A DNA stretch of 64,000 nt, from the NCBI RefSeq assembly GCF_044226765.1, contig NZ_JBGAGJ010000003.1, forward strand, positions 97,045 through 161,044. Direction: 5' to 3'. The notes below the pieces were generated by a model, which saw only the letters and a list, made by a program, of their open reading frames with translations, did not search any database and was not told where the DNA came from. Position numbers and translations under genes: made by a program. Shown here one piece after another: positions 37,255-47,368 of this stretch (its first letter is position 1; every line of letters starts with the position of its first letter). Origin of the DNA: Nocardioides sp. (GTDB lineage: Bacteria > Actinomycetota > Actinomycetes > Propionibacteriales > Nocardioidaceae).

Positions 37255-38622
37255 TCAGTGGCCCGGGCCGGTCACCATCTTCGCGCGCTCGGACTCGTGG
37301 GCGCCGCCCTTGGCCGTGAGGGTGTCGCAGGCGTCGTGGATGTCGCGGGCGAGGGTGTCGACGTGCTCGCGGCTCATCGTCTCCTTCACCAGCGCGCGCA
37401 TGATCGTCACCTCCTGCGCGTCGGGAGGCATCGTGTACGCCGGCACCATCCACCCGCGCTCGGCGGAGAGCTGCCAGGCCACGTCGAACTCGTCGAAGTT
37501 CTCCGGCCCCGCCAGCTTGAACGCCACCAGCGGCAGCTGCTCCTGGTCGCGGCCGATCACCTCGAAGCGGCCCACGTCCTGGATCAGGTCGGCGAGCTGC
37601 TCGGCGTTCTGCTGCATCTGCTTCATGATGTAGGCGTAGCCGCTGCGGCCGAAGCGCACGAAGTTGTAGTACTGCGCCAGCACCATCGACGAGCCGGTGG
37701 AGAAGTTCAGCGTGAAGGTCTCGTCGGTCTTGCCGAGGTAGTTCTCCTTGAACACCAGCGGCTCGGCGAGGTCGTCGCGTGACCGGAAGACCAGCCACCC
37801 GATGCCGGGGTAGACGAGGCCGAACTTGTGGCCGGACACGTTGATGGACCGCACCTGCTCGAGCCGGAAGTCCCACGGGGAGTCGGGGTAGAGGAACGGC
37901 CACACGAAGCCGCCGCTCGCGCCGTCGATGTGCAGGGGGATGTCCATGTCGCGCTCGGTGCGCACCCGCAGCAGCAGGTCGTTGATCCCGACGATGTCGT
38001 CGCGGTGACCGGTGAAGGTGGTGCCGAGGACGGCGGCGACGCCGATCGTGTTCTCGTCCAGGTGCGGCTCGACGTCCTCCGGGCCGATCGTGAACTTGTC
38101 CGGGCGCAGCGGGACGATCCGCGGCTCGACGTCGAAGTAGCGGCAGAACTTCTCCCACACGACGTGCACGTCGCCGCCGAAGACCAGGTTCGGCCGGTCG
38201 GTCGGGCGCCCGGCGGCCTCCTGCCGCTCGCGCCACTTCCACTTCAGCGACAGCGCCCCGAGCATGACCGCCTCGGACGAGCCCTGGGTGCGCGCGCCGG
38301 TGGTCTCGCCGGGCGCGTGGAAGAGGTCGGCGAGCATCCGGATGCACCGCTGCTCGATCTCGGCGGTCCGCGGGTACTCGGCGTGGTCGATGAAGTTGCG
38401 GTGCAGGTTCGCCGCGATCAGCTTCTGCGCCTCCGGCTCCATCCACGTCGTCACGAAGGTCGCCAGGTTGCGGGCCGGGTCCCCTTCGATCGCGAGGTCC
38501 TCGGCCACCAGCCGCATGGCCTCCACGGAGGTCATGCCATCGGCCGGGAACTCCTTGCTCGGGACCTCCTGGGTGATGAACCGGTTCCCGTAGAGAGCGG
38601 CCGGGTCGATCGAGCTGGTCAT
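37255..38622 (-). CDS. gadB: Glutamate decarboxylase (PLP-dependent)
   Basis: NLATFVTTWME, EYP.TAEIEQRC, GSSEA, HIDGASGGF, SINVSGHKFGLVYPG. Confidence 0.93.
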   Translation of the reverse strand: MTSSIDPAALYGNRFITQEVPSKEFPADGMTSVEAMRLVAEDLAIEGDPARNLATFVTTWMEPEAQKLIAANLHRNFIDHAEYPRTAEIEQRCIRMLADLFHAPGETTGARTQGSSEAVMLGALSLKWKWRERQEAAGRPTDRPNLVFGGDVHVVWEKFCRYFDVEPRIVPLRPDKFTIGPEDVEPHLDENTIGVAAVLGTTFTGHRDDIVGINDLLLRVRTERDMDIPLHIDGASGGFVWPFLYPDSPWDFRLEQVRSINVSGHKFGLVYPGIGWLVFRSRDDLAEPLVFKENYLGKTDETFTLNFSTGSSMVLAQYYNFVRFGRSGYAYIMKQMQQNAEQLADLIQDVGRFEVIGRDQEQLPLVAFKLAGPENFDEFDVAWQLSAERGWMVPAYTMPPDAQEVTIMRALVKETMSREHVDTLARDIHDACDTLTAKGGAHESERAKMVTGPGH

Positions 38623-38706
38623 CGCATCCTCCTAGCGCGTCGGTCGTGCCCAACGTGGCAGAGCGCGGCGGCGGTAGGGACCACCCGGATCGGGTGACCA
38701 GACCGG

Positions 38707-39864
38707 TCAGTCCTCCAGCCACTCCCGGATCGCTGACCCGTGCTGGTCCAGCGTCGGCGGAGCGAGGTGCTGGGAGCGGCCACCGGACCAGGGCTGGTCG
38801 TCGAACCTGATCGGCGACCCGGGCAGCCGCAGCTCGCCCTGGGTGGCGTGCTCGACGCTCAGCAGCAGCCCCTGGGACAGCACCTGCTCCCACGAGTAGA
38901 CGGAGTCCATCGACCGCACCATGCCCGAGGGGACGCCGGCCTCGGCCAGCAGCGCGAGCCAGTGCTCGGCTGGCCGGTCGGCGAAGTGCGCCTCGAGCCG
39001 GTCGACGAGCGCGTCGCGGTGCGCCACCCGCTCGGGGTTGGTCGCGAAGCCGGGCTCGGCGGGGTCCCACGACAGCACGCCGCAGAGCACCCGCCAGAGG
39101 TTCTCCGAGCCGCAGGCGATCTGCACGGGCACCGTCTGCGTCCGGAACATGCCGTACGGCGCGATCGACGGATGGTGGTCGCCCGCGAGCCCGGGCACCT
39201 CCCCGGCGACGGTCCACCGGGTGCCCTGGAACGCGTGCACCCCGACCATCCCCGCCAGCAGCGACGTGCGCACGACCCGCCCACGGCCGGTCCGGGACCG
39301 CTCGTGCAGCGCGGCCAGGACGCCGAAGGCGCCGTTCATCCCGGCGATCAGGTCGGCGATCGGCACGCCCACCTTGGTCGGCTGCTCGGTGCCGGTGATC
39401 GACATCAGTCCGCCCTCGCCCTGCGCGATCTGGTCGTAGCCGGCCCGGCTGGCCTCGGGGCCGTCGTGGCCGAACCCGGTGATCGACAGGACCACGAGGC
39501 CGGGGTTGAGCTCGTGCAGCCGCTCGACGGAGAGGCCGAGCCGGTCCATCACCCCGACGCGGTAGTTCTCCAGGAGCACGTCGGCGCGCGCGACGAGCCG
39601 CTCGAGGATCGCCAGGTCCGCCTCGTCCTTGAGGTCGAGGACCAGCGACTCCTTGTTGCGGTTGGCGGCCATGAAGTACGTCGACTCGCGCTCCTCGCCC
39701 TCGCCGACGAAGGGCGGGCCCCAGCCCCGGGTGTCGTCACCGGCCGGCGACTCCACCTTGACGACCCGCGCCCCCATGTCGCCGAGCATCATCGCGGCGT
39801 GCGGGCCCGCGAGCGCGCGGGTCAGGTCGACGACCAGCAGGTCGGAGAGCGGTCCGTCATCCAT
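38707..39864 (-). CDS. CoA transferase family III (CaiB/BaiF)
   Basis: DLTRALAGP, GDDTRGWGPP, NRNKES, ENYR, GYD..AQGEGGLMS; TAGCGT lies 7 nt before ATG 39864. Confidence 0.92.
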   Translation of the reverse strand: MDDGPLSDLLVVDLTRALAGPHAAMMLGDMGARVVKVESPAGDDTRGWGPPFVGEGEERESTYFMAANRNKESLVLDLKDEADLAILERLVARADVLLENYRVGVMDRLGLSVERLHELNPGLVVLSITGFGHDGPEASRAGYDQIAQGEGGLMSITGTEQPTKVGVPIADLIAGMNGAFGVLAALHERSRTGRGRVVRTSLLAGMVGVHAFQGTRWTVAGEVPGLAGDHHPSIAPYGMFRTQTVPVQIACGSENLWRVLCGVLSWDPAEPGFATNPERVAHRDALVDRLEAHFADRPAEHWLALLAEAGVPSGMVRSMDSVYSWEQVLSQGLLLSVEHATQGELRLPGSPIRFDDQPWSGGRSQHLAPPTLDQHGSAIREWLED

Positions 39865-39925
39865 GGCGGGCACGCTACTGACTGCGCCCCCCAGGGCCTA
39901 CGGCGAGAGGTGCCAACCCCTCGAT

Positions 39926-40236
39926 CCCTCGGTGGTCGAGTAGCGAGCGCCTCGTCCCCTCGGTGGTCGAGTAGCGAGCGCCTCGTCCCCTCGGTGGTCG
40001 AGTAGCGAGCGCCAGCGAGCGTATCGAGACCCGCACGACCGAGATCTCGATACGGCCGTCGCGACCTCCTTCGTCGGTCGCGGGCCTACTCGATCTCGCC
40101 GCCGGCTCCTGGCCCTCGCAGGCTCGGACCAGGGCGGCGAGATCTCGATACGGCCGTCGCGACCTCCTTCGTCGGTCGCGGGCCTACTCGATCTGGCCGC
40201 CGGCTCCTGGCCCTCGCAGGCTCGGACCAGGGCGGC
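39926..40236. repeat. Composite REP-like cluster: 3 x 31-bp and 2 x 98-bp tandem units
   Basis: CCCTCGGTGGTCGAGTAGCGAGCGCC at 39926, 39957 and 39988; a 98-bp unit starting GAGATCTCGATACGGCC at 40041 and 40139. Confidence 0.88.
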
Positions 40237-40836
40237 TCAGGACTGCCACATCCACTCCATCTCGGTGACGGTGCGGTCGCGTGTCTCCTGGCCGGCGAGC
40301 AGCTGCACGACGTGCAGGGCCAGGTCGACGCCGGCGGACACCCCGGCCGAGGTGAGGATCGTGTCGCTGCTGCGCACGAACCGCTGGCCGCGGACCACCT
40401 TCGTGGTCGGCGAGATCGCCGCGAGCTCGTCGTACGCGTCGTGGTGCGTCGTGGCCGCCCGGCGCTCCAGCAGCCCGGCCGCACCGAGCAGCAGCGCTCC
40501 GGTGCACACCGACATCAGCAGCTCGACCTCGGCGGCCCGCTCCCGCAGCCAGGCGAGGAGGCGCTCGTCGCGCACCAGGGGGCGGGTGCCGGCACCGCCC
40601 GGGACCACCAGCAGGTCCGGCGGCGGCGCGTCCTCCAGGGCGTACGTCGGCAGCACGGTGAACCCGCCGCGGCCGACGGCCGGGGCGCCGGTGAGCCCGA
40701 CCGAGAAGACCTGGAACGGGGCGCCGTCGCCGAGCTCCCCGGCCACGTTGAACACCTCGTAGGGCCCCGCGTAGTCGAGCACCTCCATGTCGTCGAAGGC
40801 GAGGATGGCGACGGTCCGGTGGTCCACGCGGACCAT
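40237..40836 (-). CDS. DJ-1/PfpI family protein
   Basis: EVLDYAGPYEVF, VVPGG, SVCTGA, ATTH, TSAGVSAG; the true start may be GTG 40827. Confidence 0.9.
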   Translation of the reverse strand: MVRVDHRTVAILAFDDMEVLDYAGPYEVFNVAGELGDGAPFQVFSVGLTGAPAVGRGGFTVLPTYALEDAPPPDLLVVPGGAGTRPLVRDERLLAWLRERAAEVELLMSVCTGALLLGAAGLLERRAATTHHDAYDELAAISPTTKVVRGQRFVRSSDTILTSAGVSAGVDLALHVVQLLAGQETRDRTVTEMEWMWQS

Positions 40837-40886
40837 TCTCGACCCACGGTCGGCCCGGTGTCGGTGCCAGGTGGTCGAATGACCAC

Positions 40887-43800
40887 ATGGCGGCCACCCC
40901 GACGACGTACCACCTCGTGCGTCCCGACGGTGCCGTCGCCGTGCCGAAGCTCGACGAGCACCAGCAGCGCGTCGTCGACCACCCCGGTGGACCCCTGCTG
41001 GTGCTGGCCGGCCCCGGCACCGGCAAGACGACCACCCTCGTCGAGGCGATCGTCGACCGGATCGAGGTGCGTGGCGCGTCGCCGGACCAGGTGCTGGCGC
41101 TGACCTTCTCGCGCAAGGCTGCCGAGCAGCTGCGCGACCGGGTGACCGCGCGGGTCGGGCGCACCACCGAGACCAGCCTCGGCTCGACGTTCCACTCGTT
41201 CGCCTACGGACTGATCCGGCAGTTCGCGCCGGCGGACCTCTACGAGGGGCCGCTGCGCCTGCTCAGCGCGCCGGAGCAGGACGTCGTCCTCCAGGAGCTG
41301 CTGACCGACGCGCCGGAGTCGGTGCGGTGGCCGGCGGGCCTGCGCCGGGCCGTCGGCACCCGCGGCTTCGCCGCGGAGGTCCAGGCGGTGCTGGCCCGGG
41401 CCCGCGAGAAGGGGCTCGAGGGGGCCGACCTCACCCGGCTCGGGCTCGAGCACGACCTGCCGGAGTACGTCGCCGCCGGCGAGTTCCTCGAGCAGTACCT
41501 CACCGTCCTCGACAGCCGCGGCGCCGTCGACTACGCCGACCTGATCCGCCGTGCCGTGCTCGTCGCCGAGGAGCACCGCGCCGAGCTGCGGTCCCGCTAC
41601 CGCCACGTCTTCGTCGACGAGTACCAGGACACCGACCCCGGGCAGGTCGCCCTGCTCCGTGCGCTCGCGGGCGACGGGGGTGACCTGACCGTCGTCGGGG
41701 ACCCCCACCAGTCCATCTATGCGTTCCGCGGAGCGGAGGTGCGCGGCATCCTCGACTTCCCGGCCGCCTTCCCTCGCGCCGACGGCGCCCGGGCGGAGGT
41801 CGTCGTGCTCCGGCGCACCCGGCGCTTCGGGCCGGCGCTGCTGCGGGCCTCCCAGCGGGTGGCCGCCCGCCTGCCGATGCCCGGCTCGGTCGACGAGGCG
41901 GCGCGCACGGCGTTCCTGGCACCGGAGGCGGTCGGGGCGTCGACCGAGGGGCGGGTCCAGGTCCTCACCTTCGACACCGAGCGGGCCGAGGCCGAGCACC
42001 TCGCCGACCTGCTGCGCCGCGCCCATCTCGAGGACGGCGTGCCGTGGTCGCAGATGGCGGTCCTCGTGCGCTCGGGCCGCACCTCGATCCCGCCGCTGCG
42101 GCGCTCCCTGGGCGCCGCGGGTGTGCCGGTCGAGGTCGCCGCCGACGACACGCCGCTGGTGCGCGAACCGGCCGTCCGCCCGCTGGTCGACGCCCTGGAG
42201 GCGGTCCTCCACCTCGAGGAGACCGACCCGCAGCTGCCGGGCTACGTCGACGCCGTCCGGGCGCACGGTCTCCTCCAGTCCCCGCTCGCCGGCCTCGACG
42301 CGGCCGACGTGCGGGCGCTCGCCCGGCTCCTGCGGGGCCGCGACCAGCGCCGGGCCACCGCCGAGGAGCGCGGGCCCTCGCCCTCGCCGGAGCTGCTGCG
42401 CGAGGCCCTGGTCGACGCCTCGGTGCTGGAGGAGCTGACCGACCTCGAGGCCGGCGACCACCCACGCGCGGTCGCCAGGGCTGCGGCCCTCGCCCGGCTG
42501 CTGCGGCGGGCGCGCGAGCGGCTGCTCGCCGGAGCCACCGCGGAGGAGGTGCTGTGGGAGCTGTGGTCCGGCACCGACTGGCCCGCGCGGCTGCGCCAGG
42601 CGGTCGGCCGCGGGGGTGGGGCGGCGCGCACCGCGCACCGCGACCTGGACGCCGTCTGCGCGCTCTTCGAGGAGGCGGCCCGGGTCGAGGAGCGGCGCGG
42701 CCACACCGGCCTGGAGTCGTTCCTCGCGACGATGGTCGCCCAGCAGATCCCCGGGGACACGCTGGCCGAGCAGGGCATCCGCGGCGACGCCGTACGCCTG
42801 CTGACGGCGCACCGCTCCAAGGGCCTGGAGTGGCGGCTGGTGGTGGTCGCCCACGTCCAGGAGGAGGCGTGGCCCGACCTGCGCCGGCGCGCGACGCTGC
42901 TGCAGGCCGACCGGATCGGCACCGACGGGCTGGTCCCGCCGACCTCGCTGCGCGAGGTGCTCGCCGACGAGCGCCGGCTCTTCTACGTCGCCTGCACCCG
43001 CGCCCGGGAGCGGCTGGTCGTGACCGCGGTCGCGTCGACCGACGACGACGGCGAGCAGGCGTCCCGGTTCGTCTCCGAGCTGCTCGCGCGTCCCGATCAG
43101 GTCGAGCACCGGCAGGGCCGTCCCCGGCGGCCGCTCTCGCTGCCCGGCCTGGTCGCCGAGCTGCGCCGGACGGTGGCCGACGACACCAGCCCCGAGCAGC
43201 TCCGCCTCGCCGCCGCGCTCCGGCTGGCCCGGCTGACCGAGGCCCACCGCGCCGGGGCCGCGTGGGTGCCCGCGGCCGATCCGGCGAGCTGGTGGGGCAC
43301 CCGTGCGGCGACCCGCGCCGACCAGCCGCTGCGTGATCCCGACCGGCCGGTCGTGCTCAGTGCCAGCGCGCTGACCAGCCTCGAGCAGTGCCCGGCGAAG
43401 TGGTTCCTCGAGGCCGAGGCCGGGGGAGCGCGCGCCGCGACGCAGTCCCAGGGCTTCGGCAACGTCGTGCACGCGCTGGCGGAGCGGCTCAGCGTCGCCG
43501 AGGCGGCGGACACGCCCGTCGAGGAGCTGGTCGGCGAGCTGATGGGCCACGTCGACGAGGTCTGGGAGCAGGTCCCGTTCCGCACCCCCTGGTCCGGGGC
43601 GCGGGAGCGCGAGGAGGTCCGGGCCGCGCTCACCCGGTTCCTCGTCCACCACCGGCGCGCCGACGCCCGGCGGGTGGTGGCCACCGAGCAGCGCATCTCG
43701 GCCGAGGTCAAGCTCCCCGACGGCCAGGTCGTGGTGCTGCACGGCTACGCCGACCGGCTCGAGCTCGACGCCGACGGGCGGGTGGTCGTCGTCGACCTCA

Positions 43801-44150
43801 AGACCAGCAAGTACGTCCCGACCGGTGAGGAGGTGACCGTCCACCCGCAGCTGGGCCTCTACCAGCTGGCGGTCGAGCACGGCGCCCTCGACGACGTCGC
43901 CCCGGGCGCCGAGCCCGGGGGCGCGGAGCTCTGGCAGCTGCGCCACGAGGCCTACCGCAAGCTCAAGGTCCAGCGCCAGGAGCCGCAGGAGCCCGGCGAG
44001 GACGGCGTCCGGCCGATCGAGCGGCAGCTGATGGCCGCGGCCCGGGCGGTGCGCCAGGAGAGCTTCCCCGCCCGGCCCGGTGGCCACTGCGACCACTGCG
44101 ACTTCCACGCCCTGTGCCCGGCGCAGACCTCGGGGACGGTGCTGTCGTGA
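40887..44150 (+). CDS. adnA: ATP-dependent helicase-nuclease subunit AdnA (UvrD + PD-(D/E)XK)
   Basis: AGPGTGKT, VDEYQD, VGDPHQSIY, TAHRSKGLEW, ERRLFYVACTRA; nuclease ADRLE..VVDLKT, QLGLYQ; four Cys (EQCP; CDHCDFHALCP). Confidence 0.9.
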   Translation: MAATPTTYHLVRPDGAVAVPKLDEHQQRVVDHPGGPLLVLAGPGTGKTTTLVEAIVDRIEVRGASPDQVLALTFSRKAAEQLRDRVTARVGRTTETSLGSTFHSFAYGLIRQFAPADLYEGPLRLLSAPEQDVVLQELLTDAPESVRWPAGLRRAVGTRGFAAEVQAVLARAREKGLEGADLTRLGLEHDLPEYVAAGEFLEQYLTVLDSRGAVDYADLIRRAVLVAEEHRAELRSRYRHVFVDEYQDTDPGQVALLRALAGDGGDLTVVGDPHQSIYAFRGAEVRGILDFPAAFPRADGARAEVVVLRRTRRFGPALLRASQRVAARLPMPGSVDEAARTAFLAPEAVGASTEGRVQVLTFDTERAEAEHLADLLRRAHLEDGVPWSQMAVLVRSGRTSIPPLRRSLGAAGVPVEVAADDTPLVREPAVRPLVDALEAVLHLEETDPQLPGYVDAVRAHGLLQSPLAGLDAADVRALARLLRGRDQRRATAEERGPSPSPELLREALVDASVLEELTDLEAGDHPRAVARAAALARLLRRARERLLAGATAEEVLWELWSGTDWPARLRQAVGRGGGAARTAHRDLDAVCALFEEAARVEERRGHTGLESFLATMVAQQIPGDTLAEQGIRGDAVRLLTAHRSKGLEWRLVVVAHVQEEAWPDLRRRATLLQADRIGTDGLVPPTSLREVLADERRLFYVACTRARERLVVTAVASTDDDGEQASRFVSELLARPDQVEHRQGRPRRPLSLPGLVAELRRTVADDTSPEQLRLAAALRLARLTEAHRAGAAWVPAADPASWWGTRAATRADQPLRDPDRPVVLSASALTSLEQCPAKWFLEAEAGGARAATQSQGFGNVVHALAERLSVAEAADTPVEELVGELMGHVDEVWEQVPFRTPWSGAREREEVRAALTRFLVHHRRADARRVVATEQRISAEVKLPDGQVVVLHGYADRLELDADGRVVVVDLKTSKYVPTGEEVTVHPQLGLYQLAVEHGALDDVAPGAEPGGAELWQLRHEAYRKLKVQRQEPQEPGEDGVRPIERQLMAAARAVRQESFPARPGGHCDHCDFHALCPAQTSGTVLS

Positions 44151-47100
44151 GCATCGAGATCGCCGGCCCCGCCGAGCTGCGTGCGGTGATGGGCACCGAC
44201 TACGAGGTCAGCCCCCAGCAGTGGGCCGCGATCTCCGCGCCGCTGGAGCCCGCGGTCGTGATCGCCGGGGCCGGCTCGGGCAAGACCTCGCTGATGGCGG
44301 CCCGGGTGGTCTACCTCGTCGCCACCGGTCAGGTCACGCCCGACCAGGTGCTCGGGCTGACCTTCACCACCAAGGCGGCCAGCGAGCTGGCGCAGCGCGT
44401 CCGCGCCGCGCTCGAGGCGGCCGGCCACGGCCGCGGCGCGGCCACCCCTCCCGGTGGTGCCGGTGACGAGGCCGACGAGGTCCTCGAGCCCGTCGTGGCG
44501 ACCTACAACGCCTACGCCTCCGCCCTCCTGGCCGAGCACGGCCTGCGGATCGGTCACGAGCCCGACACCCGGGTGATGGCCGACGCGTCGCGCTACCAGC
44601 TCGCCGCCCGGGTCATCGACCGGCACACCCGCCCGGTGCGGGTGCTCTCCGACAGCCCGAAGCACGTCATCGACTACGTCCTCACCCTCGAGGGCGCCCT
44701 CAGCGAGCACCTGCGCACCCCGGCCGAGCTGCGGGCCTTCGACGCGGCCGAGCTCGCCCGGTTCCGTGCCGGCCTGGCCGACGCTCCCCGCGGCACCGTG
44801 GACAAGGTCGAGAGCGCGTTCGCGCGGCGGGCCGAGGCGCTCGACCTGGTCGAGGAGTACCGCGCGTTCAAGTCGGCACTGGGCCTGATGGACTTCTCCG
44901 ACCAGATCGCGCTCGCGGCCCGGCTGGCCGACGAGCACCCGGTGGTGGGCGAGCTGGAGCGCACGACGTACCGCGTGGTGCTGCTCGACGAGTACCAGGA
45001 CACCTCGGTCGCGCAGGCGCTGATGCTGAGACGGCTCTTCGGCGGCGGTCACCCCGTGACCGCGGTGGGCGACCCCAACCAGGCGATCTACGGCTGGCGC
45101 GGCGCGTCGGTGTCCAACATCCTGCGGTTCGGCGAGGACTTCCCGCGCGCCGACGGCGGCCCGGTGGCGTCGTACGCGCTCACGGTCAACCGGCGCTCGG
45201 ACACCCGGATCCTCGACGTGGCCAACGCGCTCGCCGAGCCGTTGCAGCGACAGTTCCCCCAGGTGGCGCCGCTCGAGCACGGCACCGAGGAGCACGGCGA
45301 GGTCGACACGGTCGTCCACGAGGCGTACGCCGGCGAGCTGGCCTGGCTGGCCGAGGAGGTGCGGTCGGCGCACGACGGCATGGCCCACGACGGGTCGACG
45401 GAGCCGTCCTGGCGCGAGATCGGCGTGCTGGTGCGCGACAACGCGCACGCCGCGGACGTCTTCGACGCCCTCACCGCGGCCGGCGTGCCCGTCGAGATCG
45501 TGGGCGTCAACGGTCTGCTGCGGCTGCCGGAGGTGGCCGAGGTGCTGGCGACGCTCACGCTCCTCGACGACCTGACCGCGAACGCCGAGCTGCTCACGCT
45601 GCTCACCGGCCCGCGGTGGGCGATCGGTCCGCGCGACCTCGCGCTGCTCGGTCGCCGGGCAGCGGCGCTGGCGGGGGCCCCGGCGCCGCGCGAGCGGCTC
45701 GGGTCGGTCCGCGACGAGCTGGCCCGGGCCGTCGCGGGCGCGGACCCCACCGAGGTGGCCGCGCTCTCCGACGCGCTCGACGACCCCGGTGACCTGCCCT
45801 ACTCGCGCGCCGCGCGGGAGCGGTTCGGGCTGCTCGCGGCCGAGCTGCGGATGCTCCGCAGCCACGCCGGGGAGCCGCTGCTCGAGCTGGTCCGGCGCAT
45901 CGTCGAGGCGTGCGGCATCGACGTGGAGCTGGCGGCGTCGGTGAGTGAGGCGGCCCGTGCCCGACGCGAGAACCTCGACCTGTTCATCAAGGCGGTCGCG
46001 GAGTTCCAGGCGATCGACGGCACGGTGACGCTGCCGTCGCTGCTGGCCTGGCTCGAGGCCGAGGACGAGCTCGGCAACGGCCTCGACGTGGCCACGCCCA
46101 GCGAGGCGGACTCCGTCAAGCTGCTCACCGTCCACCGCGCCAAGGGCCTGGAGTGGGACGTGGTGTTCCTGGTCGGCGCCTGCGCCGAGCGGTTCCCGCA
46201 CACGCGCAGCCGCGGGCTGTGGCCCTTCCGCGTCGACCTCCTGCCCACGCCGCTGCGCGGCGACGCCCGCGACCTCCCCGCGCTGCGAAGCTGGGACAAG
46301 CAGGGCCTCGCGGACCTGCAGCAGCAGACCAAGGAGCACGAGGCGACCGAGGAGCTGCGGCTGGGCTACGTCGCGCTCACGCGCGCCCGGCACCGGCTGG
46401 TCGTGTCGTCCTACGTCTGGACCGAGGACCGCAAGTCCCCGCTCGGACCGTCGCCCTACCAGCGCGTGGTCCGGGACGCGATGGCCCGGTGGGGCGCCGT
46501 GCCCACCGCCTGGATCGACACCCCGGAGCGCGGGACGCCGAACCCGCTGCAGGCCGGCGTGCGCGAGCACCCGTGGCCGGTGACCGAGCACACCGCCGAG
46601 GCCCTGCGCCGGCTGGCGGCCGCCGAGCTGGTGGGGGCGGCGCTGGCCGCGGGCCCGGACGCGCCCGACCCCGCGACCGACCCCGCGACCGACCTGGTCG
46701 ACCTGGCCCGGATCCAGGACTGGGACGCCGAGCTCGAGCGGCTGCTGGAGGAGGCGCGCCGCGAGCGGTCGTCGACGGTCGCCGTACCCATGCCGGCGAG
46801 CCTGTCGGCCACCGCCTTGGCCCGGCTGCGCGACGACCCGGAGGCGTTCGCCGACGGTCTGGTGCGGCCGATGCCGCGCCCCCCGTCGTCCGCGGCCCGG
46901 TTCGGCACGCTCTTCCACGCGTGGGTCGAGGCGCGGTTCGGCCAGCAGCCGCTGCTCGACCCGGCCGACCTGCCCGGCCGCGGTGACCTCGGCATCGACG
47001 ACGAGTCCGAGCTGCAGGAGCTGGAGGAGGCGTTCGTGGCCGGTCCGTTCGGCGACCGGGTGCCGCTGCGGGTGGAGGCACCGTTCGCGCTGATGCTGGC

Positions 47101-47359
47101 CGGCCAGGTCGTGCGCGGCCGGATCGACGCGGTCTACGTCGAGGACGACGGGTCGTTCCTCGTCGTGGACTGGAAGACCAACCGCGCCGCCACCGCCGAC
47201 CCGCTGCAGCTGGCGATCTACCGGCTGGCCTGGGCAGAGCTCCACGGCCTGGCGCCGGACCAGGTGCGGGCGGCGTTCTTCTACGTCCGCGGCGGCGAGC
47301 TCGTCGAGCCTCGCGACCTGCCCGACCGGGCCGGCCTCGAGGCGTTGCTCTCGCTCTGA
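44147..47359 (+). CDS. adnB: ATP-dependent helicase-nuclease subunit AdnB
   Basis: AGAGSGKT, LDEYQD, GDPNQAIYGWRGA, TVHRAKGLEW, GRIDAV..VDWKT, QLAIYRLAW; GTGA coupling to adnA. Confidence 0.9.
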   Translation: MSIEIAGPAELRAVMGTDYEVSPQQWAAISAPLEPAVVIAGAGSGKTSLMAARVVYLVATGQVTPDQVLGLTFTTKAASELAQRVRAALEAAGHGRGAATPPGGAGDEADEVLEPVVATYNAYASALLAEHGLRIGHEPDTRVMADASRYQLAARVIDRHTRPVRVLSDSPKHVIDYVLTLEGALSEHLRTPAELRAFDAAELARFRAGLADAPRGTVDKVESAFARRAEALDLVEEYRAFKSALGLMDFSDQIALAARLADEHPVVGELERTTYRVVLLDEYQDTSVAQALMLRRLFGGGHPVTAVGDPNQAIYGWRGASVSNILRFGEDFPRADGGPVASYALTVNRRSDTRILDVANALAEPLQRQFPQVAPLEHGTEEHGEVDTVVHEAYAGELAWLAEEVRSAHDGMAHDGSTEPSWREIGVLVRDNAHAADVFDALTAAGVPVEIVGVNGLLRLPEVAEVLATLTLLDDLTANAELLTLLTGPRWAIGPRDLALLGRRAAALAGAPAPRERLGSVRDELARAVAGADPTEVAALSDALDDPGDLPYSRAARERFGLLAAELRMLRSHAGEPLLELVRRIVEACGIDVELAASVSEAARARRENLDLFIKAVAEFQAIDGTVTLPSLLAWLEAEDELGNGLDVATPSEADSVKLLTVHRAKGLEWDVVFLVGACAERFPHTRSRGLWPFRVDLLPTPLRGDARDLPALRSWDKQGLADLQQQTKEHEATEELRLGYVALTRARHRLVVSSYVWTEDRKSPLGPSPYQRVVRDAMARWGAVPTAWIDTPERGTPNPLQAGVREHPWPVTEHTAEALRRLAAAELVGAALAAGPDAPDPATDPATDLVDLARIQDWDAELERLLEEARRERSSTVAVPMPASLSATALARLRDDPEAFADGLVRPMPRPPSSAARFGTLFHAWVEARFGQQPLLDPADLPGRGDLGIDDESELQELEEAFVAGPFGDRVPLRVEAPFALMLAGQVVRGRIDAVYVEDDGSFLVVDWKTNRAATADPLQLAIYRLAWAELHGLAPDQVRAAFFYVRGGELVEPRDLPDRAGLEALLSL

Positions 47360-47368
47360 GTACCCGCC

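Noticed and set aside
39926-40030. CRISPR or IS element ends
   Set aside because: The 31-bp units are head-to-tail with no spacers, and no transposase or target-site duplication is evident; treated as REP-like.
40887-47359. Helicase-nuclease pair as an anti-phage defence system
   Set aside because: Architecture and synteny with nudC, mrx1, uvrD2 and whiB7 identify the housekeeping AdnAB end-resection enzyme.
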